Source of the DNA: Acidobacteriota bacterium
GTDB taxonomy: Bacteria > Acidobacteriota > UBA6911 > JACQSX01
Direction of reading: 5' to 3'
Assembly: GCA_036507075.1 (NCBI GenBank)
Contig: DASXQR010000088.1
Location: forward strand, 19,784-83,783
DNA length: 64,000 bases
Of the stretch, positions 39,459 to 48,857 are shown in pieces. Under the pieces are notes generated by a model, which searched no databases, had not been told where the DNA came from, and saw only the letters and a program-made list of their open reading frames with translations. Within the stretch, counting starts at the first letter, position 1; the number at the start of each line of letters is the position of its first letter. A program made the translations under genes and the position numbers.

Positions 39459-39462
39459 ATTT

Positions 39463-40938
39463 ATGTTTAAAAAGATCCTGGTTGCCAATCGGGGCGAAAT
39501 CGCCGTCAGAATCCTGCGGGCTTGCCGTGAGATGAAAATCACGGGCGTGGCGGTCTATTCGGACGTGGATGAGACGGCGTTGCATGTTCGCATGGCTGAT
39601 GAGGCGTATCGCATCGGCGCGGCTCCCGCCGGCGAGAGTTACCTGCGCGCGGATCGAATCATCGAAACGGCGCGGCGCTGCGGCGCCGAGGCGATCCATC
39701 CCGGCTACGGATTCCTTTCCGAAAACGCGGAATTTGCCGGGCAGTGCCGCTCGGCCGGTATCACCTTCATCGGCCCGCCGCCGGAGGCAATGCGAAAGCT
39801 GGGCGAAAAGATTCCGGCGCTGGAAATAGCGCGCGGCGCCGGCGTTCCCACTATTCCCGGATCAAACGGAGCCGTTCGGGAACTGACCGCCGCGCTCAAG
39901 ATCGCGCTGGAAATCGGATATCCGGTGATGCTTAAAGCCTCGGGAGGCGGCGGAGGCAAAGGCATGCGCCTGGTGGGTTCCGAAGAAGAGTTGCGCCGGG
40001 TCTGGGATGTCACGCAGAACGAAGCGGCATCGTCGTTCGGCAATCCTGTTGTTTTTCTGGAAAAGTACCTTGTCCATCCGCGCCACATCGAGATCCAGGT
40101 GCTGGCCGATCATCACGGCAATGTCCTCTACTTCCCCGAGCGCGAATGCTCGCTGCAGCGCCGCCACCAGAAAATCGTGGAGGAGTCCCCGTCGCCGGCC
40201 GTCGATCCGGCGCTGCGAAAGAAGATGGGAGAAGCCGCGGCGCTTCTGGCCTCAACGGCGGGTTATCAAAACGCCGGCACGGTGGAATTTCTGATGGATG
40301 CGGACGGGAAGTTTTTCTTTCTTGAAATGAACACGCGCCTGCAGGTGGAGCACCCGGTCACGGAAATGGTGACCGGGGTCGATCTTGTTCATTTACAAAT
40401 CCGCATCGCGGCAGGCGAGCAGCTCCTCCTGGGCCAATCCGGGATCGATGCGCGCGGCCATGCCGTCGAGTGCCGCATCTACGCCGAGGACCCCGGCAAT
40501 CAGTTCATGCCTTCGCCCGGGACAATCGCATCGTTGGAAGAGCCGGCGGGCCCCGGGATACGAAACGACACGGGAATATATCCGGGCGCGGAAATCTCGC
40601 TCTATTACGATCCGCTGATTTCCAAGCTGATTGCGCATGCGGGCACCCGACAGGAAGCGCTGGCGCGGGCGGTTCGGGCGCTGCGGGAGTACCGGATTTC
40701 AGGGATTCGAACATCGATCCCGTTTCTGAGCCGGCTGCTGCAGGATCCCCGCGTCGCGAGTGGCCGGCTGCACACCGGACTGGTGGCGGAAATCCTGGAA
40801 TCCTCCGATGGGACCGAAGACGAAGGATGGCGTGAAGCGCTCATTGCCGCCGCCCTGATGTACCAGTCGCCGCAGAAACGCCGCCTCGCTCCCGAGCAAA
40901 GTTCCTGGCGGCAGGGTTTCTGGGAACACATGCCGTGA
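39463..40938 (+). CDS. accC: Biotin carboxylase subunit of acyl-CoA carboxylase
   Basis: KILVANRGEIAVR, IHPGYGFLSEN, GGGGKGMR, RECSLQRRHQK, EMNTRLQVEHPVTE, YYDPLISKL. Confidence 0.93.
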   Translation: MFKKILVANRGEIAVRILRACREMKITGVAVYSDVDETALHVRMADEAYRIGAAPAGESYLRADRIIETARRCGAEAIHPGYGFLSENAEFAGQCRSAGITFIGPPPEAMRKLGEKIPALEIARGAGVPTIPGSNGAVRELTAALKIALEIGYPVMLKASGGGGGKGMRLVGSEEELRRVWDVTQNEAASSFGNPVVFLEKYLVHPRHIEIQVLADHHGNVLYFPERECSLQRRHQKIVEESPSPAVDPALRKKMGEAAALLASTAGYQNAGTVEFLMDADGKFFFLEMNTRLQVEHPVTEMVTGVDLVHLQIRIAAGEQLLLGQSGIDARGHAVECRIYAEDPGNQFMPSPGTIASLEEPAGPGIRNDTGIYPGAEISLYYDPLISKLIAHAGTRQEALARAVRALREYRISGIRTSIPFLSRLLQDPRVASGRLHTGLVAEILESSDGTEDEGWREALIAAALMYQSPQKRRLAPEQSSWRQGFWEHMP

Positions 40939-41444
40939 AATTTGAAGCGCGTCTGGAGAACGGCCAAAGGCATAGCGTCGAGGTGAAGCGCCAGGGCGGC
41001 CAACTTCAGGTGTTGATCGACGGCGATCCGGTGAGCGTTCGCTTCCGCAGGGTAAACGACAATCAGTGCCTGCTCGAACTGGGCGGCAAGATCGTCGATG
41101 CGGTCATCCACCGCAATGGCGTCGACCAGGAGGTGCTGATCGCGGGCATCACGCACCGGCTGCGGCTGATCGATCCCAGGCTGCAGCCTGACCCCGGAGA
41201 AGTTTCAACGGGCGGACCGCTCGCCGTGAAGGCCCAGATGCCGGGAAGAGTGGTGCGGGTTCTGAAGGCAACGGGCGACAATGTGGAAAAAAACACCGCC
41301 GTGGTGGTGATAGAAGCGATGAAGATGCAAAACGACATCCGCGCCCCCCGCGCCGGCGTCATCGCAACGCTTGAGGTGAAAGAAGGAGAATCCGTGTCGG
41401 CGGGGCAACTGCTGTTTGAAATAGCCTCCGAACCGCGCGCGTAA
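40935..41444 (+). CDS. Biotin carboxyl carrier protein
   Basis: AQMPGRVV..EAMKMQN biotinylation motif; GTGA overlap with the upstream gene. Confidence 0.93.
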   Translation: MKFEARLENGQRHSVEVKRQGGQLQVLIDGDPVSVRFRRVNDNQCLLELGGKIVDAVIHRNGVDQEVLIAGITHRLRLIDPRLQPDPGEVSTGGPLAVKAQMPGRVVRVLKATGDNVEKNTAVVVIEAMKMQNDIRAPRAGVIATLEVKEGESVSAGQLLFEIASEPRA

Positions 41445-41462
41445 GCAACCCGGACGGTCCCT

Positions 41463-42113
41463 CTACGGCTGCGGCTCGGCCAGGCCGCTGGCTACCTGGA
41501 GGTACAATTCGCGCTCGCGCACCCACAGCTCGTAATGCCGCCGCAGCCCGTAGAGCGATGTCGCCAGCATCAGCAATGCCAGAACATACAGCAAGGTTCC
41601 GAGCTGCGAGTCGACCTCGGTGGGAAAGTATGCCACCAGCTTGCGCTCGAAGCGGAGAAGGAACAGTGGCACGGGCATGAGCACCAGCAGAATAATGTTG
41701 GCCAGCAGGCCTGCCTTGAATTGCCCCATGGAAAGCTGAATGTGCAGCAGCGCGCCCGCGTTGTCCCGCAACTGCCGGCTGCGCAGCGACACCTCGATGC
41801 GGCGCCACAGCGAATGGAGCAGCGTCAGGCCCACAAACACCGCGCAGATCAAAAAGAAGAGCGCCAGCCCCTGGGCGCTGATCAGCAGGATGAGCCGTCC
41901 GGTGGAACTCTTGATCGGCTTGCCGAAAAGGAGCGACAGTTCGTAAATGAAGAACACTCCGCTGTAGGCGGAAAGCGGCAGAAGCGCCAAAAACACCCGC
42001 AGGCCGTTCAGAGTACGGATCTGGCGCGGTAAATCTTTGCTGATCCGGCCCAGAATCCAGCCCATCAGCAGGACGGCGGATCCTGCAATCAACGCCAGGT
42101 CCCAGTAACGCAT
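41463..42113 (-). CDS. Hypothetical integral membrane protein
   Basis: About five hydrophobic segments; no recognised motif. Confidence 0.65.
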   Translation of the reverse strand: MRYWDLALIAGSAVLLMGWILGRISKDLPRQIRTLNGLRVFLALLPLSAYSGVFFIYELSLLFGKPIKSSTGRLILLISAQGLALFFLICAVFVGLTLLHSLWRRIEVSLRSRQLRDNAGALLHIQLSMGQFKAGLLANIILLVLMPVPLFLLRFERKLVAYFPTEVDSQLGTLLYVLALLMLATSLYGLRRHYELWVRERELYLQVASGLAEPQP

Positions 42114-42161
42114 GCCGCTATTTTAAACCCGGCCCCGCGCCGAAGATAGCTCTGTGTTCCC

Positions 42162-42490
42162 TGTGTAGCAAGTTAGCAACTTCTTGTTTTTTAGCAGGGT
42201 TTTTAAAACCGTTCACGTCAAGGACCACGTCTCACGTTCACGAGCACGAGCATGTCAACGTCCACGCGGACGATCACGTCGACGGTTACGTCTAAAGTCT
42301 TGCACGGTGCGCCTAACTAAGCTTCAGAGGAATTAGAGCTGAATGTTGTCGAAATCATCGATCTCGGAGGTGGACGTTGGCGTTCTCGTAATCGCAGGAC
42401 GTGGAGGTTGACGTGATCGTGCTCGTAGACGTGAGGCGTGGTCGTTGACGTATTCGTGGACGGTTTTTTGGTTGCGGCCCGTGGCCGGGC
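42162..42490 (-). mobile_element. Conserved-end element with a hexamer (CACGTC/GACGTG-type) palindromic interior
   Basis: Minus strand: ..GGCCACGGGCCGCAACCAAA...AAAAACCCTGCTAAAAAACAAGAAGTTGCTAACTTGCTACACA followed by the 9-mer GGGAACACAGAG. Confidence 0.6.
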
Positions 42491-42508
42491 ACAAAGGACG
42501 CAGGAAAA

Positions 42509-43789
42509 CTAGCGTCGCAGGAGCGTTTTGATTTCTCCCACCAGGTACAGCGATCCGCACGCCAACAGGGTTCCGTGCTCGCCTGCGGCCGCCAAGCCGA
42601 GCGTGGTGGCCTCTTCGGAGTTGCGCGTCACGGTGCAGGAATTATTCGGGAAGTATTGCTTCAACTGCGCGGCCGAAGCGCTGCGCGCGTTTTGCACCGG
42701 TGTAAGGAAAACCTCCCGGCATAGCGGGGCCAGAATTCCGGCGCAGGCGGCAATCTCCTTGTCCTTCATCATGGCGAAAACCAGATGCACTTTCTCGGGG
42801 AATTTGTCGCGAATAAATCTGGCGACCGCCTCCATGGCGGGCTGATTGTGCCCCCCATCGATGAAGAAAATCGGATGGCTCAGCACCTTTTCCAGGCGTC
42901 CCGGAATTTCAGTCGCCTCCAGGGCGGGCGCGATCGCGGCCTTGGGAATTTTCAAACCTGCGGCGGCCAGCGATTCCACCAGTCTTACCGCAAGCGCCGC
43001 ATTTGCCGCCTGGTGCTCTCCAAAAAGGCGCAACTGAAATTCGATATTCTCGTGCCCGCAGCGCATTTGAACGCGGTGGCGCCCCGAGCCGGTATCGCGG
43101 CTGGCCCAATGCGTGTCGGCCAGCCTCAAAATGAGGCTCTCGGGCGCCGAGCGGCGGATCGCCTGTTCCGCCTCGTCGCTCATCAGGCCCAGCCACAACG
43201 GCCGGGCCGGTCTGGCAATGCCTGCCTTTTCGCGCGCGATGTCCGGGATGGCGGATCCGAGGATGTCGCAGTGGTCGCGCCCGACCGTGGTAATGCAGCA
43301 AACCAGCGGCTGGGACAGATTGGTGGCATCCAGCCGACCGCCGAGCCCTACTTCCAGTATGGCAATGTCGACCGACTGTCTTTGGAACGCATGGAAAGCT
43401 GCCGTCGTCATCGCCTCGAAATAGGTGAGGTTGCGCGGCAGGGTTTCCGCGTGCGCCAGCTTGTCCTGCGCGTCGACAACCTGGCTCAGGCTGAAAGCGA
43501 AATCCTCCGGCGAGATGGCCGCGCCGTCGATATTGATCCGCTCCAGCACGGATTCCAGGTGGGGAGAAGTGTAAAGGCCGGTTCGGTAGCCTGCCTGTCG
43601 CAGCATGGACGCGGCAAAGCTGCTTACCGAGCCTTTGCCGTTGGTGCCGCCGATCAGCAGCGTGCGGAATGAATAATGGGGATTGCCCAGTTCCTGCAGC
43701 ACGCGCGCCGCCGGCTCGAGGGTGAGCTGCATGTGCAGCACTTCATTGCCGAGCTGCTTCAGGTACGCATAGGCTTCAAGTGGGTTCAT
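42509..43789 (-). CDS. folC: Folylpolyglutamate synthase / dihydrofolate synthase
   Basis: GGTNGKGS, GLYTSPHL, LEVGLGGRLDATN, DGGHN, CGSLYLVG. Confidence 0.95.
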   Translation of the reverse strand: MNPLEAYAYLKQLGNEVLHMQLTLEPAARVLQELGNPHYSFRTLLIGGTNGKGSVSSFAASMLRQAGYRTGLYTSPHLESVLERINIDGAAISPEDFAFSLSQVVDAQDKLAHAETLPRNLTYFEAMTTAAFHAFQRQSVDIAILEVGLGGRLDATNLSQPLVCCITTVGRDHCDILGSAIPDIAREKAGIARPARPLWLGLMSDEAEQAIRRSAPESLILRLADTHWASRDTGSGRHRVQMRCGHENIEFQLRLFGEHQAANAALAVRLVESLAAAGLKIPKAAIAPALEATEIPGRLEKVLSHPIFFIDGGHNQPAMEAVARFIRDKFPEKVHLVFAMMKDKEIAACAGILAPLCREVFLTPVQNARSASAAQLKQYFPNNSCTVTRNSEEATTLGLAAAGEHGTLLACGSLYLVGEIKTLLRR

Positions 43790-44023
43790 TGTGCGCCGGG
43801 AATTCTCTGTATCCTCCAACAGCTGGCGACTTCTTCCAGCAATATTTCTAGCCGACTTCTAAATGCGGATTTCGGAATGTGGAATGCGGAATCGGAAACT
43901 GACTTATCTCGGCCTTGAAGACCTAACTCGGATATTCCTCATTCCGCATTCCCCATTCCGCATTTGGAAGTACGATAGAAGATCTTACCGAAAGCAAGAG
44001 GTTAGACTTGCCAGGCACAAAGG

Positions 44024-44893
44024 TCACAAAGTGGATGTCGTGCCTCGCACCGGCAGCAGGCGGATGGCCTGCGCCAGATAATCCCGGAGATCCTTGCGCG
44101 GCACAACGGCATCCAGCATTCCGTGCTCCAGCAAAAACTCGGCGCGCTGGAAGCCTTCCGGGAGCTTTTGACGGATCGTCTGCTCGATCACCCTTGGGCC
44201 GGCAAAGCCGATCAGGGCTTTCGGCTCGGCCACGTTCAAGTCTCCCAGCATTGCAAAACTGGCGGTCACTCCTCCGGTGGTGGGATCGGTCAGGACCGAA
44301 ATGTAGGGGATTCCTTCGTTGTCCAGGCGCGCCAGCGCGGCGCTGATCTTGGCCATCTGCATCAGCGAGAGGGCGCCTTCCATCATGCGGGCGCCGCCGG
44401 AAGCGGAAATAATAATCAGCGGGCGCCGCTGCGACAGCGCCGCTTCGATGGCGCGCGTGATCTTTTCGCCCACCACCGATCCCATGCTGCCGCCGATAAA
44501 GCTGTACTCCATGGCGGCCACGATCACGGGAATTCCCGTCAGGCTGCCGCGCGCGTTCAGCACGGCTTCCTTTTCGCCCGTGCTCTCTTCGGTGGCGGCA
44601 AGGCGGTCGCGATAAGACTTTTTGTCGACAAACTCGAGCGGGTCGGCCGATCTCATGTCGGCGTCGAATTCCTCGTACCTGCCCTCATCCAGCAGCCACT
44701 GCAGGCGCTGGCGCGCGGAAATCTTGAAATGATAGCTGCACTTGGGACAAACTTGCAGATTGCTCTCGAGATCTTTTTTCCAGATGACCGCCTTGCATTC
44801 TTCGCATTTAAGGAACAGGCCTTCGGTGCGGACGCGGCGCTCTTCGGTGGGCGTAGGGTTCTGAATTCCCTTTTCCTTCTTAAACCAGGCCAT
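44024..44893 (-). CDS. accD: Acetyl-CoA carboxylase carboxyltransferase beta subunit
   Basis: Zinc ribbon CEEC/CPKC, GGSMGSVVGEKI, SGGARMMEG, PTTGGVTASFA, IGFAGPRVIEQT. Confidence 0.97.
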   Translation of the reverse strand: MAWFKKEKGIQNPTPTEERRVRTEGLFLKCEECKAVIWKKDLESNLQVCPKCSYHFKISARQRLQWLLDEGRYEEFDADMRSADPLEFVDKKSYRDRLAATEESTGEKEAVLNARGSLTGIPVIVAAMEYSFIGGSMGSVVGEKITRAIEAALSQRRPLIIISASGGARMMEGALSLMQMAKISAALARLDNEGIPYISVLTDPTTGGVTASFAMLGDLNVAEPKALIGFAGPRVIEQTIRQKLPEGFQRAEFLLEHGMLDAVVPRKDLRDYLAQAIRLLPVRGTTSTL

Positions 44894-44916
44894 CCACGAA
44901 AATATATTAGAGATTC

Positions 44917-46164
44917 ATGAAAAAGGGAAAGACTTTGCCTCCCGGGGGCGGCAGAAGGCGCGGCAGGAGAGTGTGGATCCTGCTTGGCGTTCCGCTGGGA
45001 ATCCTGGCCGTCATCTGGGGCTATTACCACTACCGTTTCTATCGCTTGCACCGGGCGATCGTGGAATTAAAGACGCTTGACGACTCCACGCCCGGTTTGC
45101 AGGACCTGCGCGGGGTGATTCACGCGCACACGGCGGCCGGGGGCCACAGCGTGGGGACGCTGGATCAGATCGTGGAGGCGGCGCGCGAGGCGGGGGTCGA
45201 CTTTGTGGTGATTACCGAACACAACCGGCCGCACGCTTTTTCGGCCCGCTACGAGCAGGCGCCCGGGACGCGCCCCATCCTGATCTTCGGCGAGGAGCGG
45301 GAAGAAGGAACGGCTCGCGTGCTGGTGGCCGCCGGTCCCGGCGGCGAGGCGCTGCGAGTGGCGGCGCATTGGATGTCGGGACCGCAGGAGGGGGTTGCCG
45401 AAGTTATCAACCTGCATGAAGAAGCCGAGCAGGCGCCGCGCCTTTTTGCGGCCGCCGCGCTGCTCGGCTCCCTTCCCGGTTACAGCGGATACTTTCTGCT
45501 TCCGGTGCAGAGAGTGTTCCGCGACAAGCTCGAACAGTGGGACGAAATCCTCCGTCGCCGTCGCCTGTGGGCGGTGGCGGGGAATGATTCGCATGCCAAC
45601 ACCGGCCTGCGGCTGCAGTATTCGAGTGGAAAGCCGCTGCTGGATTTCACCATCGACAAATATGCCGACAGTTTCCGCTATCTGAGCACGCACGTACTGC
45701 TGCCAAAAAATCAAACTCCTTCGCCGGCGAATATTCTCAATGCTCTGGCGAATGGATCTTCCTACGTTTGCTTTGACTTTCTCCATCCGCCGAAAGGTTT
45801 TCTCTTTGTCGCGAAAGCATCCGCGGCTGCCGCCGCGCCCGCGCCCGCGGCCGCGGCGCGCGCCGTTCCGGCCGGCGCCACCCTGGCGGTCAGGTCTCCC
45901 GTTCCCGCGCGCATCCGCCTGCTGCGCGACGGCGGAACGCTTCGCGAGTCTCCCGACGCGCGCGGGCTGGAGGAGAAGGCCACAAAACCCGGCGTTTATC
46001 GTGTCGAGCTCTACCTGCCCCAGCTTGGCCCTTGGGCGGCCGATACGCCCTGGGTAATCAGCAATCCGATTTTTGTAGGCGAAGTTCCGGTTCCCGGTTC
46101 GCGGGTCCCGAGTTCCGGATCGCGAATTAAAGATTCAAAATTCAAGGAAGGGAAACCGAAATAG
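44917..46164 (+). CDS. Membrane-anchored PHP-domain metallohydrolase
   Basis: RGVIHAHT, DFVVITEHN, GNDSHAN, PGVYRVE..WVISNPIFV. Confidence 0.75.
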   Translation: MKKGKTLPPGGGRRRGRRVWILLGVPLGILAVIWGYYHYRFYRLHRAIVELKTLDDSTPGLQDLRGVIHAHTAAGGHSVGTLDQIVEAAREAGVDFVVITEHNRPHAFSARYEQAPGTRPILIFGEEREEGTARVLVAAGPGGEALRVAAHWMSGPQEGVAEVINLHEEAEQAPRLFAAAALLGSLPGYSGYFLLPVQRVFRDKLEQWDEILRRRRLWAVAGNDSHANTGLRLQYSSGKPLLDFTIDKYADSFRYLSTHVLLPKNQTPSPANILNALANGSSYVCFDFLHPPKGFLFVAKASAAAAAPAPAAAARAVPAGATLAVRSPVPARIRLLRDGGTLRESPDARGLEEKATKPGVYRVELYLPQLGPWAADTPWVISNPIFVGEVPVPGSRVPSSGSRIKDSKFKEGKPK

Positions 46165-46208
46165 CGAAGTGTAAGGCCCCGGGCTTAATGCACTGGCTGC
46201 TGGCGCGT

Positions 46209-46367
46209 CACATTGCTTTCACCGCAGAGCCGCAGAGGGCGCCAAGCCGCGCTGAGCTTTGCCTTTGCAACTCTGCGGAAACTCGGCGCCCTCCGCGCCT
46301 CTGCGGTGAAAGCAATGTAGCCGTCTAGGCCAACCCGCAACCCGTCAACCCGCAACCCGCCAACCCC
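46209..46367. repeat. 9-mer palindrome (TTTCACCGCAGAG...) plus CAACCCG heptamer array
   Basis: Direct inspection; the inverted heptamer array follows xseA at 47777-47881. Confidence 0.75.
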
Positions 46368-46395
46368 CAGCGGAGCGCTGTGCTAGAATGCCTCG

Positions 46396-47748
46396 GTGGA
46401 CAATCTCAGCCTTTTTTCCGAGAAAAAGATTTACACCGTTTCCGAGCTGGCTTTTGAAGCCAAGGCCTTTCTGGAACGGCAGTTCCTGGATGTCTGGGTG
46501 CAGGGAGAGGTTTCCAATTTCCGCCATCCGCACTCGGGCCATTACTATTTCACTCTGAAGGACCGCGACTCGCAGGTAAAGGCGGTCTGCTTTCGCACCC
46601 ACAACCGCTATTTCAAGTTCAAGCCCGAGGACGGGCTGAGCGTTTTGGTCCGGGGGCGCGCCTCGCTTTACGAAGCCCGCGGCGATTTCCAGCTCGTTGT
46701 CGACTACATGGAGCCGGCCGGGATGGGAACGCTGCAGTACGCCTTCGAGCAGCTCAAGAAGAAGCTGAGCGCCGAGGGCCTGTTCGACCCTGCGCGCAAG
46801 AAGCCGCTTCCGTCCTTCCCGCGAAGAATTGCCGTGGTGACCTCGCCCATGGGAGCAGCGATTCAGGACATCCTGCGAATTCTGAAGCGGCGCAGCCGGC
46901 ACATCCACGTGTTGATTTATCCGGCGCGCGTGCAGGGTGACGGCGCCGCCGAGGAGATCACGCAGGGAGTGCGGTATCTGGGCGAGCGGCGTGACATTGA
47001 CGTGATCATCGTGGCGCGGGGCGGAGGGTCGCTCGAGGATCTGGCTCCGTTCAACGACGAGCGGCTGGCGCGCGCCATCACCCAGTCGGGAATTCCCGTC
47101 ATCTCGGCGGTGGGCCACGAGATTGATTTCACCATTTGTGATTTTGTGGCCGACCTGAGAGCGGCCACGCCTTCGGCGGCTGCTGAAATCGTTTCGCAGA
47201 CGCAGGAGGAGCTTTGCGGCAGGATTGAAAACCTGCTGCGGGGCGCGCGCCAGGACACGCTGCTGATTATCGAACGAAAGCGCAGCGCGCTCGAGCGGGC
47301 CGCTTCCAACCGCGCCTTTGCTTCTGCCGAGAGCCGGCTGTCGTCCATCGCGCAGCGCCTGGATGACTTTACTTTACGCATGCAGGGGGCCTGCCGCCGT
47401 AATGTGGAGCGCGGATCGGATCGCCTCGGCCGGGCGCAGGAGCGGCTCGGTCGCGTCGACCTGGGGCGGATGCTGGACCGCGGCAGGGAAGAGGTGGAGC
47501 TGGGACTGAAGAATCTGGAGCAGGGAGTGCGGCATGTTTTAGGTCAGAGGCGCGCAGATTTTGAGACGCTGGGCGCCAATCTGCACGCCTACAGCCCGCT
47601 TGGGGTGCTGCAGCGCGGCTATGCCATCGTGCGAAAGGAAAACCGCCAGATTGTAAAATCCGTGCGCGACGTGCATGTCGGCGAAGATGTCCGCGTCCAC
47701 CTGCATCAGGGCGAGCTGACCTGCAGGATTCAGGGAATGAAGTCGTAG
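46396..47748 (+). CDS. xseA: Exodeoxyribonuclease VII large subunit
   Basis: VWVQGEVSNF..SGHYYFTLKD, VARGGGSLEDL, SAVGHEIDFT..ADLRAATPSAAAE, LQRGYAIV. Confidence 0.97.
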   Translation: MDNLSLFSEKKIYTVSELAFEAKAFLERQFLDVWVQGEVSNFRHPHSGHYYFTLKDRDSQVKAVCFRTHNRYFKFKPEDGLSVLVRGRASLYEARGDFQLVVDYMEPAGMGTLQYAFEQLKKKLSAEGLFDPARKKPLPSFPRRIAVVTSPMGAAIQDILRILKRRSRHIHVLIYPARVQGDGAAEEITQGVRYLGERRDIDVIIVARGGGSLEDLAPFNDERLARAITQSGIPVISAVGHEIDFTICDFVADLRAATPSAAAEIVSQTQEELCGRIENLLRGARQDTLLIIERKRSALERAASNRAFASAESRLSSIAQRLDDFTLRMQGACRRNVERGSDRLGRAQERLGRVDLGRMLDRGREEVELGLKNLEQGVRHVLGQRRADFETLGANLHAYSPLGVLQRGYAIVRKENRQIVKSVRDVHVGEDVRVHLHQGELTCRIQGMKS

Positions 47749-47749
47749 T

Positions 47750-48250
47750 TAGTCGGTTGTCAGTTGTCCGTGGTCCGTTGGCGGGTTGCGGGTTGGCGGG
47801 TTGCGGGTTGACGAGTTGGCGGGTTGGCGAGTTTCGGGTTGACGAGGAGCGGGTTGGCGGGTCGACGGGATGCGGGTTGGCGCGTTTACGAATTCAAGAT
47901 TCAAGATTGAGCTGAAAGCAAAATGCTGCCGGTCGGAAAGAGCAGAGGCTGTCGATATCTAAAAGAACACAGTACCGCGACCGTAAGGGAGCGCGTGGAG
48001 AATGTGACAAGGTTCCTGGTTTGTCCGTGGTCCGTTGTCAGTTGTCGGTGGTGGTCGGTGGTCTCTTGTCCGTTGGTTGTCGGAATCGAAAGGCAAAAGT
48101 CTGAAGGTCGAAAGTCAAAAGTCTAAAGGCCGATCATCGATTTTTGACCTTCGACCTTCGATCTTCGACTTTCGATTCCGACAACGGACAACGGACGAGT
48201 GACAACGGACAACGGACAACCGACAACTGACAACCGACAACGGACCAACG
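47750..48250. repeat. Multi-layer nested heptamer palindrome between xseA and xseB
   Basis: GTCCGTT-type, GCGGGTT-type, TTCAAGA-type and GTCGAAA/TTCGACC-type arrays, plus REP-like CCGCGACCGTAAGGGAGCG at about 47975. Confidence 0.85.
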
Positions 48251-48260
48251 AGGCACGATA

Positions 48261-48500
48261 ATGGAATTCAAAGACTTTGAAGAAGCGTTGAAGACACTGG
48301 AAGAAATTGTGGGCAGGCTGGAGAAGGGCGACCTGCCGCTGGAAACGGCGCTGGAATTATTCGAGCAGGGTGTGCAAATTTCCAAGTTCTGCAACTCAAA
48401 GCTTACCGAAGCCGAACGAAAAGTGGAAATCCTGATGCGCGGCAGCAAGGGAGAAATGCAGGCAGAGCCCTTCCAAATTACCATCGACGGGCAGGAGTGA
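48261..48500 (+). CDS. xseB: Exodeoxyribonuclease VII small subunit
   Basis: FEEALKTLEEIVGRLEKGDLPLE.ALELFEQG..C...L.EAERKVE. Confidence 0.97.
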   Translation: MEFKDFEEALKTLEEIVGRLEKGDLPLETALELFEQGVQISKFCNSKLTEAERKVEILMRGSKGEMQAEPFQITIDGQE

Positions 48501-48520
48501 AACCGCTCGTGGCGGCCGCT

Positions 48521-48857
48521 ATTGGTCAACGGTCATTGGTCATCGGTCAATAGTCGTTGATCTTTGGTTATGGTTGTCGGGTTTCGGGTTTTCGGGTTAC
48601 GAGTTGTCGGGTTACGGGTTATGAGTTGTCGGGTTACGAGTTATGAGTTGTCGGGTTATGGGTTATGGAATTCACGTAGGGGTGGCTTAACATGACCACC
48701 CCCGTTGTTGCCGTCACCGAAAATCGCAGAATCGGGCGGCCATGTTAGGCCACCGCTGCAGTTTTCAATTTGAACTCCCTAAGCCGTGGCTCTCACAACC
48801 CGCAACCCGACAACCCACAACGCGACAACCAATGACCAATGACCAATGACCAATGAC
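48521..48857. repeat. Three-layer nested palindrome between xseB and ispA with a GTAG REP doublet core
   Basis: Outer TTGGTCA/TGACCAA arms, middle GGGTT/AACCC arms, core GTAGGGGTGGCTTAACATGACCACCCC ... GGGCGGCCATGTTAGGCCACCGCTGC (48676-48759). Confidence 0.85.
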
